Shown here: positions 13,150 through 26,506 of the stretch, piece after piece
How positions within the stretch are numbered: position 1 is the first letter of the stretch
How the letters are laid out: every line of letters starts with the position of its first letter
Assembly (NCBI GenBank): GCA_964016885.1
Contig: OZ024747.1
Span: 14,880,001-14,944,000 of the forward strand
Reading direction: 5' to 3'
DNA length: 64,000 nt
DNA from: Eledone cirrhosa
Taxonomy: Eukaryota
Position numbers and translations under genes: made by a program
The notes under the pieces: generated by a model
Told to the model about the DNA's origin: nothing
Seen by the model: the letters and a program-made list of their open reading frames with translations, nothing else
Databases searched by the model: none

Positions 13150-14100
13150 ATCTTTACTGACCACTAATGTCATTTCTTGCCGCAGATTCCTCCGTCTTGA
13201 TCTTCTCCTCGAGCAATATGATTTTGTCTTAAAACGTATCCTCTTCATTGCCTTATCATAACCGTGTACTGGTTCGCCTGATTCCTCTTGGGCTTTGTGT
13301 CTTTCTATCTGTGAATCATGAAGCTATAGATATCCATCACTCACAGATGTTGCCTTTCCTTTGTTCACGATCAAATCCTATCATTGTTGCTTGAAAGTTG
13401 TTTTTTAACTGTCGCAGGAATATGGTCTTAGTTAAGTAGGTACACACAATCTTTGTCGTCTGTATCTTTTTCAGCTTCAAACAAATCCCTCCAAATACAA
13501 AAGTGCGGCCTGACACAACATCTGCCTTGCAATAAGCCCGGATATTTTAGAAAGATAACTGCCACCTAATACTGGTGCAGATGTAGTCAATCTCATGATA
13601 TCCATATAAGTCTGTGGACAATATTTGTGCAACTGACTAATATGAGGATCCTCCACAGAGAATATCCGACATCCTCACAGTGTAGTTGAGCATTGAAATC
13701 ACTTATTACCAGCTTTATATTACAATGTAGCACACTATTGAAGATAATCTGCATGATAATGTAACTATCTCTGTTGAAAGCTCTGTAGGTGCGTTACTTT
13801 CGTATGGCAAATATAGAAACTCCCGATCATGATCCGATAATCACTGGCATCTGCCAATCTGTTGATGTTGCTTCTTGTCCTCAAATGATTATGGCAATCT
13901 TCGAATAAGACGTTCTTCCTATCCGGCCGGCGTATAGAACAGTTTTATCTCAACTGGTGATACACCGCTGGACTGCTCAATGTGTCTCCTGATGCCCAAT
14001 TTACATATGTGGCAATTGGCCTTCTCTCATATTATTCGTCGGAGCCGTCTACGTTGAATGAGTTTACACACATTCCAGGCTGCAATGCTTGTGGTATTCA
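13150..14100 (-). pseudogene. decayed LINE (probably RTE) AP-endonuclease region
   Basis: Ordered motifs on the minus strand with stops and frameshifts: IAAWNV, APTE, KLVISDFNAQL (GDFNA), HEIDYIC (NQIDY), RAYCKADVVSGR (R…AD..SDH). Confidence 0.7.
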
Positions 14101-14320
14101 TGGCATTGAAGATCTTGATTATCAGCAGTGAAGTGTCCTTTCAGCTCTGGTCCAAGCCTTTTATAAATGCATCAGTAGAAGCGTTATCTGCACGCTGACA
14201 TGAAAATAGGTACTCAATGCGTTTGTAGAGCATAGGCATAATTATTTTATATAGAAATGACTTCTACATGACCAGAACAGTTTTATTCGTATGATATCAT
14301 CAGGAAAATCAGATAGAACT

Positions 14321-14500
14321 GGTAAGTATCGGTAGAGGATCGGACGCCATGCTTTGATACATAGAGCCACGGCCCTTTCCATTCTGAGTTTAAATCCTGG
14401 CGAGGTTAACTTTGCCTTTCATCCTAACGGGGTCGATAAAATAAAGTACTACAATGCACTGGGGAATTGCTGGCCTTCTGCCAAAAGTAGAAACAATTAT
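14321..14500 (+). mobile_element. SINE S1
   Basis: Same head/body/tail as 221-399. Confidence 0.85.
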
Positions 14501-14629
14501 TTATAGTTCATTTGAAAATTATGTTCAGAGGGGGGATAGGGAGTGAGAAGAATGTGAGGGAGAGTGAGATGTTTGCCTTTACTTATTATGAGCTCATAGC
14601 TCTCTGCCAATCGGATAGTACGATTGGTG

Positions 14630-15005
14630 GAAACTGGACCGTTGCTGCCGTACATTCATACATCCAGAAAACTGTTATTCGACTGATTGGTATGAAATCA
14701 CTGACAGACACGCCTCAGTTTCTAGTTCACATTTCTACCGCTACTGCTATGATATCTGATCCTTGGTGCTGGCTGACCTCATGCTACTCTCATTCCGACG
14801 TTGAAAAGAGTATTTGAGGACTCTACCCCAACAAACCTCTTAGAAATAAGTGGAAGAAGAAGAAGAAGAACTGCTATACACAGTCTTTCTTTCCAGAATG
14901 TCATCCCTCTGGAATTTGTTTTCCTTGTACACGTCTTTCATACAGGAGTTGACTTGCATAAGTTAAACTGAACACCAAAGGCTTCAATATCATCAATCTC
15001 AGAGC
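14630..15005 (+). pseudogene. CR1/Jockey-group LINE ORF2 C-terminal remnant
   Basis: IQKTVIRLIGMKSLTDT, FYRYCYDI*SLVLADL and frameshifted SFFP..SLWN motifs typical of these ORF2 ends. Interrupted by a (GAA)n-tailed stub at ~14815-14870. Confidence 0.65.
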
Positions 15006-15819
15006 AAAACTTATGAGTACAAATCCTTCCTCCCGATCAAGCGAATAATATTAATAAACATAAAACACCACCGCCTCAAAACATAATGACCACCATTACA
15101 TCACCACCACTACCATGCAGTCAGTACACCGATGCCCACCACCGTACCAACACATTTAAACACAATGCTTCACCAGCACCACACAAATACACCAGAGTGT
15201 GAAAGAAAGACAATATGTATGACCAATGAGTGTGATGTACTTGTTGTTATAATAGTTACGGCACTGCATGCCGTAACTATTATAACAACAAGTACATCAC
15301 ACTCATTGGTCATACATATTGTCTTTCTTTCTTTTGAATGAAATAATTTGATGTACGCTTAACTGGTTCCACCCACACACAAACACATTTCTCCGTAAGG
15401 TGCACGGTATGCCTTGTCACACTCACATGGGATTGAATCACGAATAAAGAAAATGTTTCAAAGTATTGAGTGAGACAGAGAGAGGAGATGGTGTTAGGTG
15501 ACGAATATATACATAGCTATAGAAAGAGCTTTCGTTATAATAACAAGAGAGCTACTGAGGTAAAGAGAATGAGTGGGAAAGAGAGGGAATTATAAAGGAG
15601 AATAGCAAGAGAGAGAGAAGGCAAATTATAAGGAAAGCGAATGAGTCATGGGCAGAGAGGTAAAATACAAACAGTTTACGATGAGGCAGACAAAGTGGAA
15701 CAAAAGATCGTTACAGAAAGATAAGAGAGGGGGAGCAGAAACGGGCCGTATACACATACATTATATAGTATATGAATGGTGTAAACATCGACTGTTCCTG
15801 TATGTATGTATGTGTCCGA

Positions 15820-15860
<41 letters not shown>

Positions 15861-15863
<3 letters not shown>

Positions 15864-16320
15864 CGTTTCTGAATTTGTTTAGCAAGATTCTTTATCTGAA
15901 AACGTGTGTTGAAACCGATATTGTTATAGTTTGGGAGGGTCATGTTGCCAATAAGAAACACATGCACCAGTTGCTTTCGCTTCAATTTATTATAATAAAT
16001 TTAGAAATTTAGGAATTGTGCCTTTGCTTTGTTCTGTCCTACGCCATCTTGGCGTAGAACAGAACAAAGGAGAGGCACAAAAGGAGAGGCACAAAAAAAC
16101 AAAGAAAATAATCCCCAGTCACTGAAGAGGTCACAGAATGTGTGACAAAAGAACTTTGACAATATATAAAATATATAAACAACCATCTGGTTGTGGAACC
16201 AACCAACCAACCGGAAATTTATAAATTCCTAAATTTATAAATCTATTATAATAAATTGAAGTGAAACATCTCGTGCGTGTGTTTCTTATTGGCAACATGA
16301 CCCTCCCAAAGTATAACAAT
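15861..16320. mobile_element. miniature inverted pair of PLE family E 3' ends
   Basis: Minus arm 15861-16047 and plus arm ~16050-16320 are homologous to 20461-20780/22940-23198. The hammerhead at 16117-16160 has GAAA changed to AAAA. Confidence 0.85.
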
Positions 16321-16345
16321 ATATATATATATATATACTCGCACG

Positions 16346-16396
<51 letters not shown>

Positions 16397-16499
16397 TTGT
16401 GTGTGTCAGTGTGGATATATATATATATATAAGTTTATCCCGAGTTCAATCGGGGATAAACCCAAAACAAAGCATAGTATAAATATTTAATATATTAAA

Positions 16500-16549
16500 G
16501 GCTTCTACAAGACTACAACTGTTTCAATTGGGAGAATCATCAGGAAGCC
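16500..16549 (-). ncRNA. hammerhead motif, family B (longer stem III, vestigial stem II)
   Basis: ggcttc CTGATGA ttctcccaatt GAAA cag-ttgtagtc-ttg TA gaagcc. Stem I is a perfect 6 bp; homologue at 35709-35808. Confidence 0.65.
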
Positions 16550-16699
16550 GACTGTCCAAGTAATATGGTGGTATGTATATATTTTCTAGTGGTAGGAGAG
16601 GGTGATAAGTTAAAAGAAAATGGAATTCTTTAAAAACTATATTTAGAATAACAAAGGCAGAAAGAATCCTATAGACATATATATATGTGTATGTATATC

Positions 16700-17030
16700 A
16701 GGCAGGAAGGTATACGATGTTGACGATAGCTAATAAGCTTGAAACTAGTACATGGTTCCTGTGTCAGTGTTGAACAAAACGGTGACGTGGTTGCCTAGAC
16801 ACTGTACGGAGTAATTGGGGCTGTTTGTTTGTTTACAAACAAACAAACCGAGCATTATAATAAATGTTCAGTAAACCGATACGTGCATATATATATATAT
16901 ATGTGTGCATGTATGTATATATATACATACTACTGTACGTCTGTATACATATATGTATGTACGTATACATACATACCTACATTTAACTAAGTGCCGTACT
17001 AAGAGTGAGAAATGAAATTTCGTTTCATTC
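16700..17030 (+). mobile_element. family C non-coding hammerhead element, older copy
   Basis: Homologous to 31741-32045. acgatg TTGACGA tagct-aata-agctt GAAA ctag TA catggt at 16714-16756. Confidence 0.8.
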
Positions 17031-17140
17031 TATTCTATTCTCTCTCCCTCTCTCTCTCTCTATATATATATATAAACATATATATATATTTATATATATA
17101 TATATGTATATATATATACATACATATACATATACATATA

Positions 17141-17300
17141 CGTAGGGTCAAATATTTTCCTATGTATATATATATATATATATATATATACATAGGAAAA
17201 TATTTGACCCTACGAAACGGCTTCAACTCTGCCGTCGGGGACAAACATTTTCCTATTACCCACTCTACTACCCTAGGTATTGAGTATTCTGGTGCGTTAG
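17141..17300 (+). mobile_element. family F fragment with a TA-centred inverted repeat
   Basis: 24-bp arms 17141-17164/17190-17213 around (TA)n, then GAAA-CGGC-ttcaactct-GCCG-TC and a tail homologous to 2226-2270. Confidence 0.7.
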
Positions 17301-17316
17301 ATATATATACATACAT

Positions 17317-17349
<33 letters not shown>

Positions 17350-17350
17350 A

Positions 17351-18146
17351 TATATTTAGAAACACACAGATACATGCGGACACACACACATATACATGAG
17401 TGCATCCGCACCCAACTGTGAGTTAAGGGTGCCAACCTCACCGATGTTGCTCAATGAATGACTGGGACAGACCAATTCAGTTTGAACCAGACCGAACCAG
17501 TATCAGAGTCAAAAATACACTATGAAGAGAGAAGAAACATTTAGATATAATTAGTAATAAAATGTATCACACCCAAACTGCTCCTAAATTCCTCGACTAC
17601 GCAGCTTCGTGGCACAAACAAAAACAATATATCAAAGATACAGAGTCCTTGCGAGGCCTGCCGACCTATCAAGAGGACACCCCACCCCACCAGTCCCAAG
17701 AACGCGTCTACACGACGTGAGAAAGAATCCCAAAAGGCGGAGGGGGAGATAGTCACGCGATATAACGGTCGAGAAACAGAGCTAAGCCTCTTATAACCAC
17801 GAAGAAAATACCACGGAGGCGGAGGGGGTATTCATATCGAGGCCGCAGAAGAGGTAGTGAAGAAGGCGAGAAGTATGAGTAATGGAAGCTTTCCAGTTGT
17901 CCCCACACTTCAAAGATTGCTCGACCAGAGGGAGTTATTAATATATTTAGAAACACACAGATACATGCGGACACACACACACATATACATGAGTGCATCC
18001 GCACCCAACTGTGAGTTAAGGGTGCCAACCTCACCGATGTTGCTCAATGAATGACTGGGACAGACCAATTCAGTTTGAACCAGACCGAACCAGTATCAGA
18101 GTCAAAAATACACTATGAAGAGAGAAGAAACATTTAGATATAATTA

Positions 18147-18149
<3 letters not shown>
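17351..18149 (+). mobile_element. partial tandem element with ~206-bp direct terminal repeats (pLTR-like)
   Basis: 17351-17556 is essentially identical to 17942-18149 (period 591 bp). Flanked by (TA)n; no TG…CA LTR ends. Confidence 0.7.
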
Positions 18150-18195
<46 letters not shown>

Positions 18196-18270
18196 TAAAA
18201 ATATATATATACACATATATATATACGTATATATATATACACATATATATATACGTATATACATATATAC

Positions 18271-18303
<33 letters not shown>

Positions 18304-18790
18304 CACACATATATATATACATATATATATATATACATATATACATATATATATATATACATATGTATATACATATATATATATATATATATATAGATAT
18401 ATATATATATATACACATATATATATATATATATAGATATATATATACATATATATATGTTTGTGTCTATCAATACGTGTGTATGTTTATGGCAATAGAT
18501 AAATACAGTGTATGGATATCCATTGTATAGCAAGTTTGTGAAGATATTGACTTTATATACATGACCTTCAAATGTCAATATTTTAATCTTCCAAGTCGTT
18601 TAAAACTTTGCTTTCGCTATTACAAAATATTTATGTATGCATCTGTATGTAAGTAGGAACACATAAATACACTAATAAATACACAGTCGAATACATTTAC
18701 ATAGGTAGCTGCGCAAACATAATGTTCAAAGAAGGTGTTACTCCTCACTCTCTGTATACATTTTTGCCCTTCATTTTCATAACTTAATAA

Positions 18791-19008
18791 GGGCCGTGAA
18801 TTAGCTGTCTCGTTAGAGCGTCGGACACCATGCTTTGCAGCATAGAATTACGGCCCTTTACGGTCTGATTTCAAATCCCGCCGAGTTTAACTTTGCCTTT
18901 CATCTTTATGGGGTCGATAAAATAAAGAACCAGTAACGTACTAGGGTCGATTTAATTGACTTTACCTTCACCCCAAATTACTGGCCTTGTGCCTATACTA
19001 GAAATCAT
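18791..19008 (+). mobile_element. SINE S1, longer variant
   Basis: B-box, body and an extra GGGTCGATTTAATTGACT segment before the tail. Confidence 0.85.
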
Positions 19009-19744
19009 TTTCATAACTCAATAAATCATTCCTCCCTCTCTATCTATCTATCTATCTATCTCTATCTCTCTCTCTCCCTCTCTCTCTTTCTACTTCTCTT
19101 TTTTCCCGGTCTCTCTCCCCTTCTCTTTGTATGCCTCGCACTTGACCTGTATCTCTATATTTCTATCTACTTTTCCTTCTATAACAATTTCACTCTTATT
19201 CTTCCAACTATTTAACAGATTTGCTTTCACTCACACAATCAAGGCTAAGAGTAAAGAACAGTAAATATCGCAAAGGAATTATCTCGTATCACACCCTACA
19301 CAGTGAAAACATGCTTAAACAAAACAAATTTGAAGCTGAAACACCGGAACAAATACAACAAAGGTGTCGTCTGCAACAAGAATCTCCTTCGACATATATT
19401 TTCTATTATACAATGTTAACAATAACAAATATAAGTGCGTATGCAATTGGGAAAACATCGATGGCATAAGGTTATATGACATCTATCCAAAACATGGTTC
19501 TTGTCATTATATGACAAAATGTGACAAAGCGAGCGGGATCAAATAGTTGTTTCTACATTTGGCACAAGGCCAGCAATTATCCCAGTGTATTACGGGTACT
19601 TTATTAGTGATTTGTCAAACTGACATAGCAACAGGTTAGACATACGTATTGCCAATAGAGAAATGTAGGTCGAAGTCGGCGATTAAACTTTCACTTACCT
19701 GGATGCCTTTCCCGCTTATTAAGTGTTGTATGCCCACATACAAG

Positions 19745-19799
<55 letters not shown>

Positions 19800-19805
19800 T
19801 TTCCC

Positions 19806-20016
19806 ATCGATCAACTTTCGTCAAATCGGACCGAGGAAACAATGTTTCCGTTGGTCTTTCCAGTTGCTAGTATTATCTATCGGTCGCAACTCCAGGTAGA
19901 AGGAGCAACGTGAAATAAAGTGTCTTGCTCAAGGACATAACGCATCGCCTGGTCCAGAAATCGAACTCACAACCTCAAGATTGTGAATCCAGTTCTCTAA
20001 CCACTCAGCCACACGC
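19806..20016 (-). mobile_element. tRNA-derived SINE, family S2 (CORE-like)
   Basis: Reverse complement of 40850-41056: TGGCTGAGTGG A-box, GAGTTCGATTTC B-box, TGTCCTTGAGCAAGACACTT core. Confidence 0.85.
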
Positions 20017-20059
20017 CTTCACTCAGCCACCGCACACACATATATATATATATATATAT

Positions 20060-20215
20060 TGTTATACTTGCGGAGGGTCATATTGTTGAGATAATATTGC
20101 CAGAAATAATAACAGAACACACTGTTTGGTTGGTTTTCGCTTGTGTATCTTTTCTATCTCCATAGTTAGTTTGTTTCGACAAACGATTTCATATAAAACA
20201 TCTTGCAAAACAAAT
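20060..20215 (-). mobile_element. PLE-like 3' terminus, family E2 (also 5658-5710 plus, 33752-33900 minus)
   Basis: Ends in ATGACCCTCC-CAAGTATA like family E but diverges upstream; always abuts (TA)n. Confidence 0.6.
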
Positions 20216-20219
20216 ATAC

Positions 20220-20429
<210 letters not shown>

Positions 20430-20683
20430 TACATATATATATATATACATTATATATATATTTCGTTTCTGAATTTGTTTAGCAAGATTCTTTATCTGAA
20501 ATCGTGTGTTGAAACTGATATTGTTATACTTTGGGAGGGTCATGTTGCCAATAAGAAACACACGCACCAGTTGCTTTCACTTCAATTTATTATATATTTA
20601 TAAACTTATAAATTTACAAATCTACAAACTTATAAATTTCTGGTTGGTTGGTTGGTTCCACAACCAGATAGTTGTTTATATAT

Positions 20684-20728
20684 AGTCATAGTCCTTTCGT
20701 CACACACTCTGTGACCTCTTCAGTGACT
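20684..20728 (-). ncRNA. minimal type I hammerhead motif (family E)
   Basis: Inverted copy of 22992-23036. Confidence 0.75.
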
Positions 20729-20934
20729 GGGGATTCCTTTCTTTGTTTCTGTGCCTTTCCTTTCTTCTCTCCTACGCCATTTTGTTTCTGTGTGTGTGTG
20801 TTGTGTGCTCAGTTTGCGCATGCGCCACATCCGGGTGTCTGTGTGTGTTTGTGTTCATTTATCTATTTGTTTATTTATTTACATGTTGTTGGTTGGTTGT
20901 TTGTTCTATGTGTGTGTGCGTTTTCATTTTGTCC

Positions 20935-21597
20935 TTAATTGTAAGTTGTGATGTTGCTGTTCCACTCATATTTTCTATTTAATTTTGGTTGTAATTCTTT
21001 TATGCTTACTGCCTCTGTAATTTGCCTAAACATTGCATCTTTTCTGTGTGTGGATTCTATTTTTATTTCTATGTTCTCTAATTTACCCTTGTGTTCTATC
21101 TTAGCATGTTGGTAGAGTACAGATGATTCTTTATTATCTTGAAGGTCTCGGCAGTGTTCATTTATCCGTTCCCCTATACTACGAGCTGTCTCACCTATGT
21201 ACACTATATTTTTGTTTCTACATTGTCCTTCAGTACATCTTATGCTATACACTACATTTCTAGTTTTACAGTTAATATGGGGGCTTATTTTACAGGTTAT
21301 ACATTTCTTATCTATACATGAGGGTCTTTGGAACGGGTATGTCTTGCTAATAAGTGTTTTTACGGAGGTGCCTGGTCTTTCTACTATCTTAATATTGAGT
21401 TTATGTTTATTTAGGGCCCTTCTAAATTTGTAGGCTAGTTCGCCTCTAGGGGTTGTATTGATGAACATTACACTCTGGTATTTATTGCTATCATACCATG
21501 AGTTTATTCTATTGGCCTTGTTCCTAGTTCTTTCTATTCTATTCCAAAATTTGCTCCTATAAAAGGGGCAGGTCCCATTTATGTCATGAGTTACCAT
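20935..21597 (-). pseudogene. PLE linker plus GIY-YIG endonuclease (open frame, 5'-truncated)
   Basis: CIDKKCITCKISPHINC linker, then NVVYSIRC…C…YIGETARSIGERINEH…LYQHAKIEH…RQITEAVSI…LNRKYEW. Confidence 0.92.
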
Positions 21598-21611
21598 TTC
21601 TTTAAGTTTAA

Positions 21612-22785
21612 GAACAATTAGAAGACAGCTTAACCCTGATAATGTACTCCCGCTACGTAGAAGATATAAACATCGTAGTTAAGACACCCCGACTAGAGAA
21701 CAGTCAGGAACTAGAGAAAAACACAATGGAAAGCATCCAGCAAATAGCAAACTCCATCCACCAGAGCATTAGAGTTACTATAGACTACCCAAGTAGACAC
21801 CCCAACTATCGATTACCTGTACTAGACACAGAGCTCTGGTTAGATACCATTAACAACCAAAAACAAATTCTCCATTCCCATTATGCCAAACCCATGACTT
21901 CCAAACATCTGATCCACCGAAACTCGGCCATTTCGGACCATACCAAAATCAACATACTGATTGAGGATTTGGTACGGGTGATGAGAAATGTGTCCCGCAT
22001 GTGCAACGCCGAAGAACTAGAGAGACACATACAACACTTCATCCACCGTATGCAGTTCTCTGGCTACAATCAGAGAGATAGAATCAGAGTGTATAGAGGA
22101 GCGAGAACCAAATGGGAAAAAATGGTAAATAATGACATAAATGGGACCTGCCCTTTTGTATAGGAGCAAATTTTGGAATAGAATAGAAAGAACTAGGAAC
22201 AAGGCCAATAGAATAAACTCATGGTATGATAGCAATAAATACCAGAGTGTAATGTTCATCAATACAACCCCTAGAGGCGAACTAGCCTACAAATTTAGAA
22301 GGGCCCTAAATAAACATAAACTCAATATTAAGATAGTAGAAAGACCAGGCACCTCCGTAAAAACACTTATTAGCAAGACATACCCGTTCCAAAGACCCTC
22401 ATGTATAGATAAGAAATGTATAACCTGTAAAATAAGCCCCCATATTAACTGTAAAACTAGAAATGTAGTGTATAGCATAAGATGTACTGAAGGACAATGT
22501 AGAAACAAAAATATAGTGTACATAGGTGAGACAGCTCGTAGTATAGGGGAACGGATAAATGAACACTGGCGAGACCTTCAAGATAATAAAGAATCATCTG
22601 TACTCTACCAACATGCTAAGATAGAACACAAGGGTAAATTAGAGAACATAGAAATAAAAATAGAATCCACACACAGAAAAGATGCAAAGTTTAGGCAAAT
22701 TACAGAGGCAGTAAGCATAAAAGAATTACAACCAAAATTAAATAGAAAATATGAGTGGAACAGCAACATCACAACTTACAATTAA
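21612..22785 (+). pseudogene. PLE reverse transcriptase C-terminus plus GIY-YIG endonuclease (frameshift ~22160)
   Basis: RYVED (YVDD motif altered), LPVLD, HYAKP, RMQFSGY thumb motifs, continuing after a +1 frameshift into the GIY-YIG domain. Confidence 0.92.
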
Positions 22786-22991
22786 GGACAAAATGAAAAC
22801 ACACACACACATAGAACAAACAACCAACCAACAACATGTAAATAAATAAACAAATAGATAAATTAACACAAACACACATAGACACCCGGATGTGGCGCAT
22901 GCGCAAACTGAGCACACAACACACACACACAGAAACAAAATGGCGTAGGAGAGAAGAAAGGAAAGGCACAGAAACAAAGAAAGGAATCCCC

Positions 22992-23036
22992 AGTCACTGA
23001 AGAGGTCACAGAGTGTGTGACGAAAGGACTATGACT
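22992..23036 (+). ncRNA. minimal type I hammerhead motif (family E)
   Basis: agtca CTGAAGA g gtcaca-gagtg-tgtgac GAAA ggac TA tgact, ~210 nt after the PLE stop codon. Confidence 0.75.
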
Positions 23037-23210
23037 ATATATAAACAACTATCTGGTTGTGGAACCAACCAACCAACCAGAAATTTATAAGTTTGTAGAT
23101 TTGTAAATTTATAAGTTTATAAATATATAATAAATTGAAGTGAAAGCAACTGGTGCGTGTGTTTCTTATTGGCAACATGACCCTCCCAAAGTATAACTAT
23201 ATATATATGC

Positions 23211-23241
<31 letters not shown>

Positions 23242-23318
23242 CATATATACATATATATATATATATACATATATACATATATATATATATACATATATAC
23301 ATAAATATATATATATAT

Positions 23319-23386
<68 letters not shown>

Positions 23387-23388
23387 AC

Positions 23389-23419
<31 letters not shown>

Positions 23420-23420
23420 C

Positions 23421-23451
<31 letters not shown>

Positions 23452-23518
23452 CCTATATACGTATACAGATATATACATATATATATACATATATATATGT
23501 ATATATATATATACACAC

Positions 23519-23551
<33 letters not shown>

Positions 23552-23637
23552 TATATAAATATATATACACATATATATATATATGTATATACATATATAT
23601 ATATATATAAATATATATACACATATATATATATATG

Positions 23638-23706
<69 letters not shown>

Positions 23707-23710
<4 letters not shown>

Positions 23711-23993
23711 AAAAAAGAAGAAATCGAAAATGCAACCAGCTGGAGTCTTTTTTTTTTTAAATATATTTATTTGATCCCTTTCCGGTTTCGCAGTACATGA
23801 GAAAAACCACAAACCCTCCATCTCAATTCTACTTTTGAAAGGCACAAGAACTGCGAAACCGGTAAAGGGACCAAATGAATATATTTTAAAAAAATGACTG
23901 CAGTTGCATTTTCGATTCCATCTTTTTCCCATATACTTTCACTCGTGTGGGACACCTCGTTTTTTTTTCATTTTGTAAAAATAAACTCACTTT

Positions 23994-23996
<3 letters not shown>
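23707..23996. mobile_element. fold-back element, family G, with degenerate hammerhead
   Basis: Imperfect arms ~23709-23794/23850-23930. ctt TTGAAAG gca-caagaac-tgc GAAA ccgg TA aag at 23832-23867. Lies between two long TA arrays. Confidence 0.65.
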
Positions 23997-24960
<964 letters not shown>

Positions 24961-24994
24961 TATAAGATCAAAAGATGGTTAAAGGAGTTCAATA

Positions 24995-25065
24995 TATTTT
25001 ATTATGCGCATTTCAAAAACAAACATCATCAAACAATAATATTTGTGTTTTCATCAGATAAAACA
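24995..25065 (-). ncRNA. type I hammerhead motif (family D)
   Basis: Inverted copy of 28035-28105; TCATCAG at 25051. Confidence 0.85.
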
Positions 25066-25881
25066 GGAGAACATGATATGAAGGCTAAAAAAACACTTGT
25101 TGATAGTGCAGTTTTAAATCAACATATGAAAAGTGGTTTTAGATTGATGTGTGATATTGGGAAAAATATTTTATTTAGAGAGGGGGGGAGAGAGAAGGAT
25201 GAAAAGGGAAGGAGATGAGAGGGAGAGATGGGTGATAGAGAGAAAGAGATAGTTTTTATAACAGAGAGGAGATATATTTTATATAGAGGGGTTGAAAACT
25301 GTTGGAAGATACTGTATAAATTAAAAATTTTGAAAATTAACGAAGGGAGGATATGTGCGAGGAAAAAATATATTATATTTAGGAGGGGTGGGGGTGGAAA
25401 GGATGAAAAAAAGGGGAGGAGATGAGAGTGAAGGTGGAAAGGGAGAGATGGGTGATAGAGAGAAAGAGATAGTTTTTATAACTGAGAAAAAGATATAATG
25501 TTTTATATAGAGAGGTTGGGAACCGTTGGAAGATAATGTATAAATTAAAGGAATTTGAAAATTAACGAAGGGAAATTATGTATGGAGATAGAGAGAAAAA
25601 AATAACGAAGGGAGATTATGTATGGAGATAGAGAGAAAAAAATAATAATTGTGGGTGAATATTCTAACGTCAAAAGGAGAAATGTAGGAATTTTAAAATT
25701 AGCAAAGAGAAAAAGTTTATGTATAGGATTTGAGAAAAATAATGTGAAGTTAAAGTTTTTATATTGAATTCATATGTATTAATAATGAGTTCGTTGATGG
25801 GGAGAAAAAAAAAAAAATAATAATAAATTAAGGATGAAATTGAGATTAAAAAGATTTATGATAGAGAGAAAAAATAATAAT

Positions 25882-26065
25882 TGTTTCTACTATTGGCACA
25901 AGGCCAGAAAATTACCCAGTACATTACTGGTACTTTATTTTATCGACCCCGTAAGGATGAAAGGCAAAGTTAACCTCGGCGGGATTTGAACTCAGAATGG
26001 CAAGGGCCGTAACTCTATGCGTCAAAGCATGGCGTCCGAACCTCTACCGATACTGCCAATCCACC
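25882..26065 (-). mobile_element. SINE S1 inserted in the left arm of family D
   Basis: 14-bp TSD GAAAAAATAATAAT (25868-25881, 26066-26079); empty site in the right arm at ~27217-27230. Confidence 0.92.
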
Positions 26066-26506
26066 GAAAAAATAATAATGATTGCGGATGAATACTCAAA
26101 ATGTCAAAAACAAATGTTATTGTTTTACGAGGAGATATAATGAGGGTGATGAGTAAACGGGTATTATAGAGTGTATAATGCCCTTTAAAGTAAGGTAGAT
26201 GGGTATATTTTAAAGAATATATGAGTATATATTAAAAAAAATATATAATAATAAATTAAGGATGAAATTGAGATTAAAAAGATTTATGATAGAGGGAAAA
26301 AAAAAAATAATAATGATTGCGGATGAATATTCAAAATGTCAAAAACAAATGTTATTGTTTTACGAGAAGATAGGATGAGGTAAATGAGTAAACGAGTACT
26401 ATAGAGTGTATAATGCCCTTTAAAGTAAGGTAGATGGGTATATTTTAAAGAGGTGTATGTATATGTGCCTTTGAGAAAAGATTCTAAATTGATAAAGAAT
26501 TGAATA

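Larger units (their letters stand above)
20461..23198. mobile_element. Penelope-like element family E, 5'-truncated copy with inverted partner
   Basis: Minus arm 20461-21600 and plus arm ~21603-23198 share a near-identical ~1.08 kb. RT/GIY-YIG coding, a hammerhead in each 3' UTR, (TA)n on both flanks. Confidence 0.95.

Noticed and set aside
19250-19545. Helitron-like ETPEQIQQR peptide
   Set aside because: One short motif without the following Cys cluster or Rep/helicase sequence; too weak to call.
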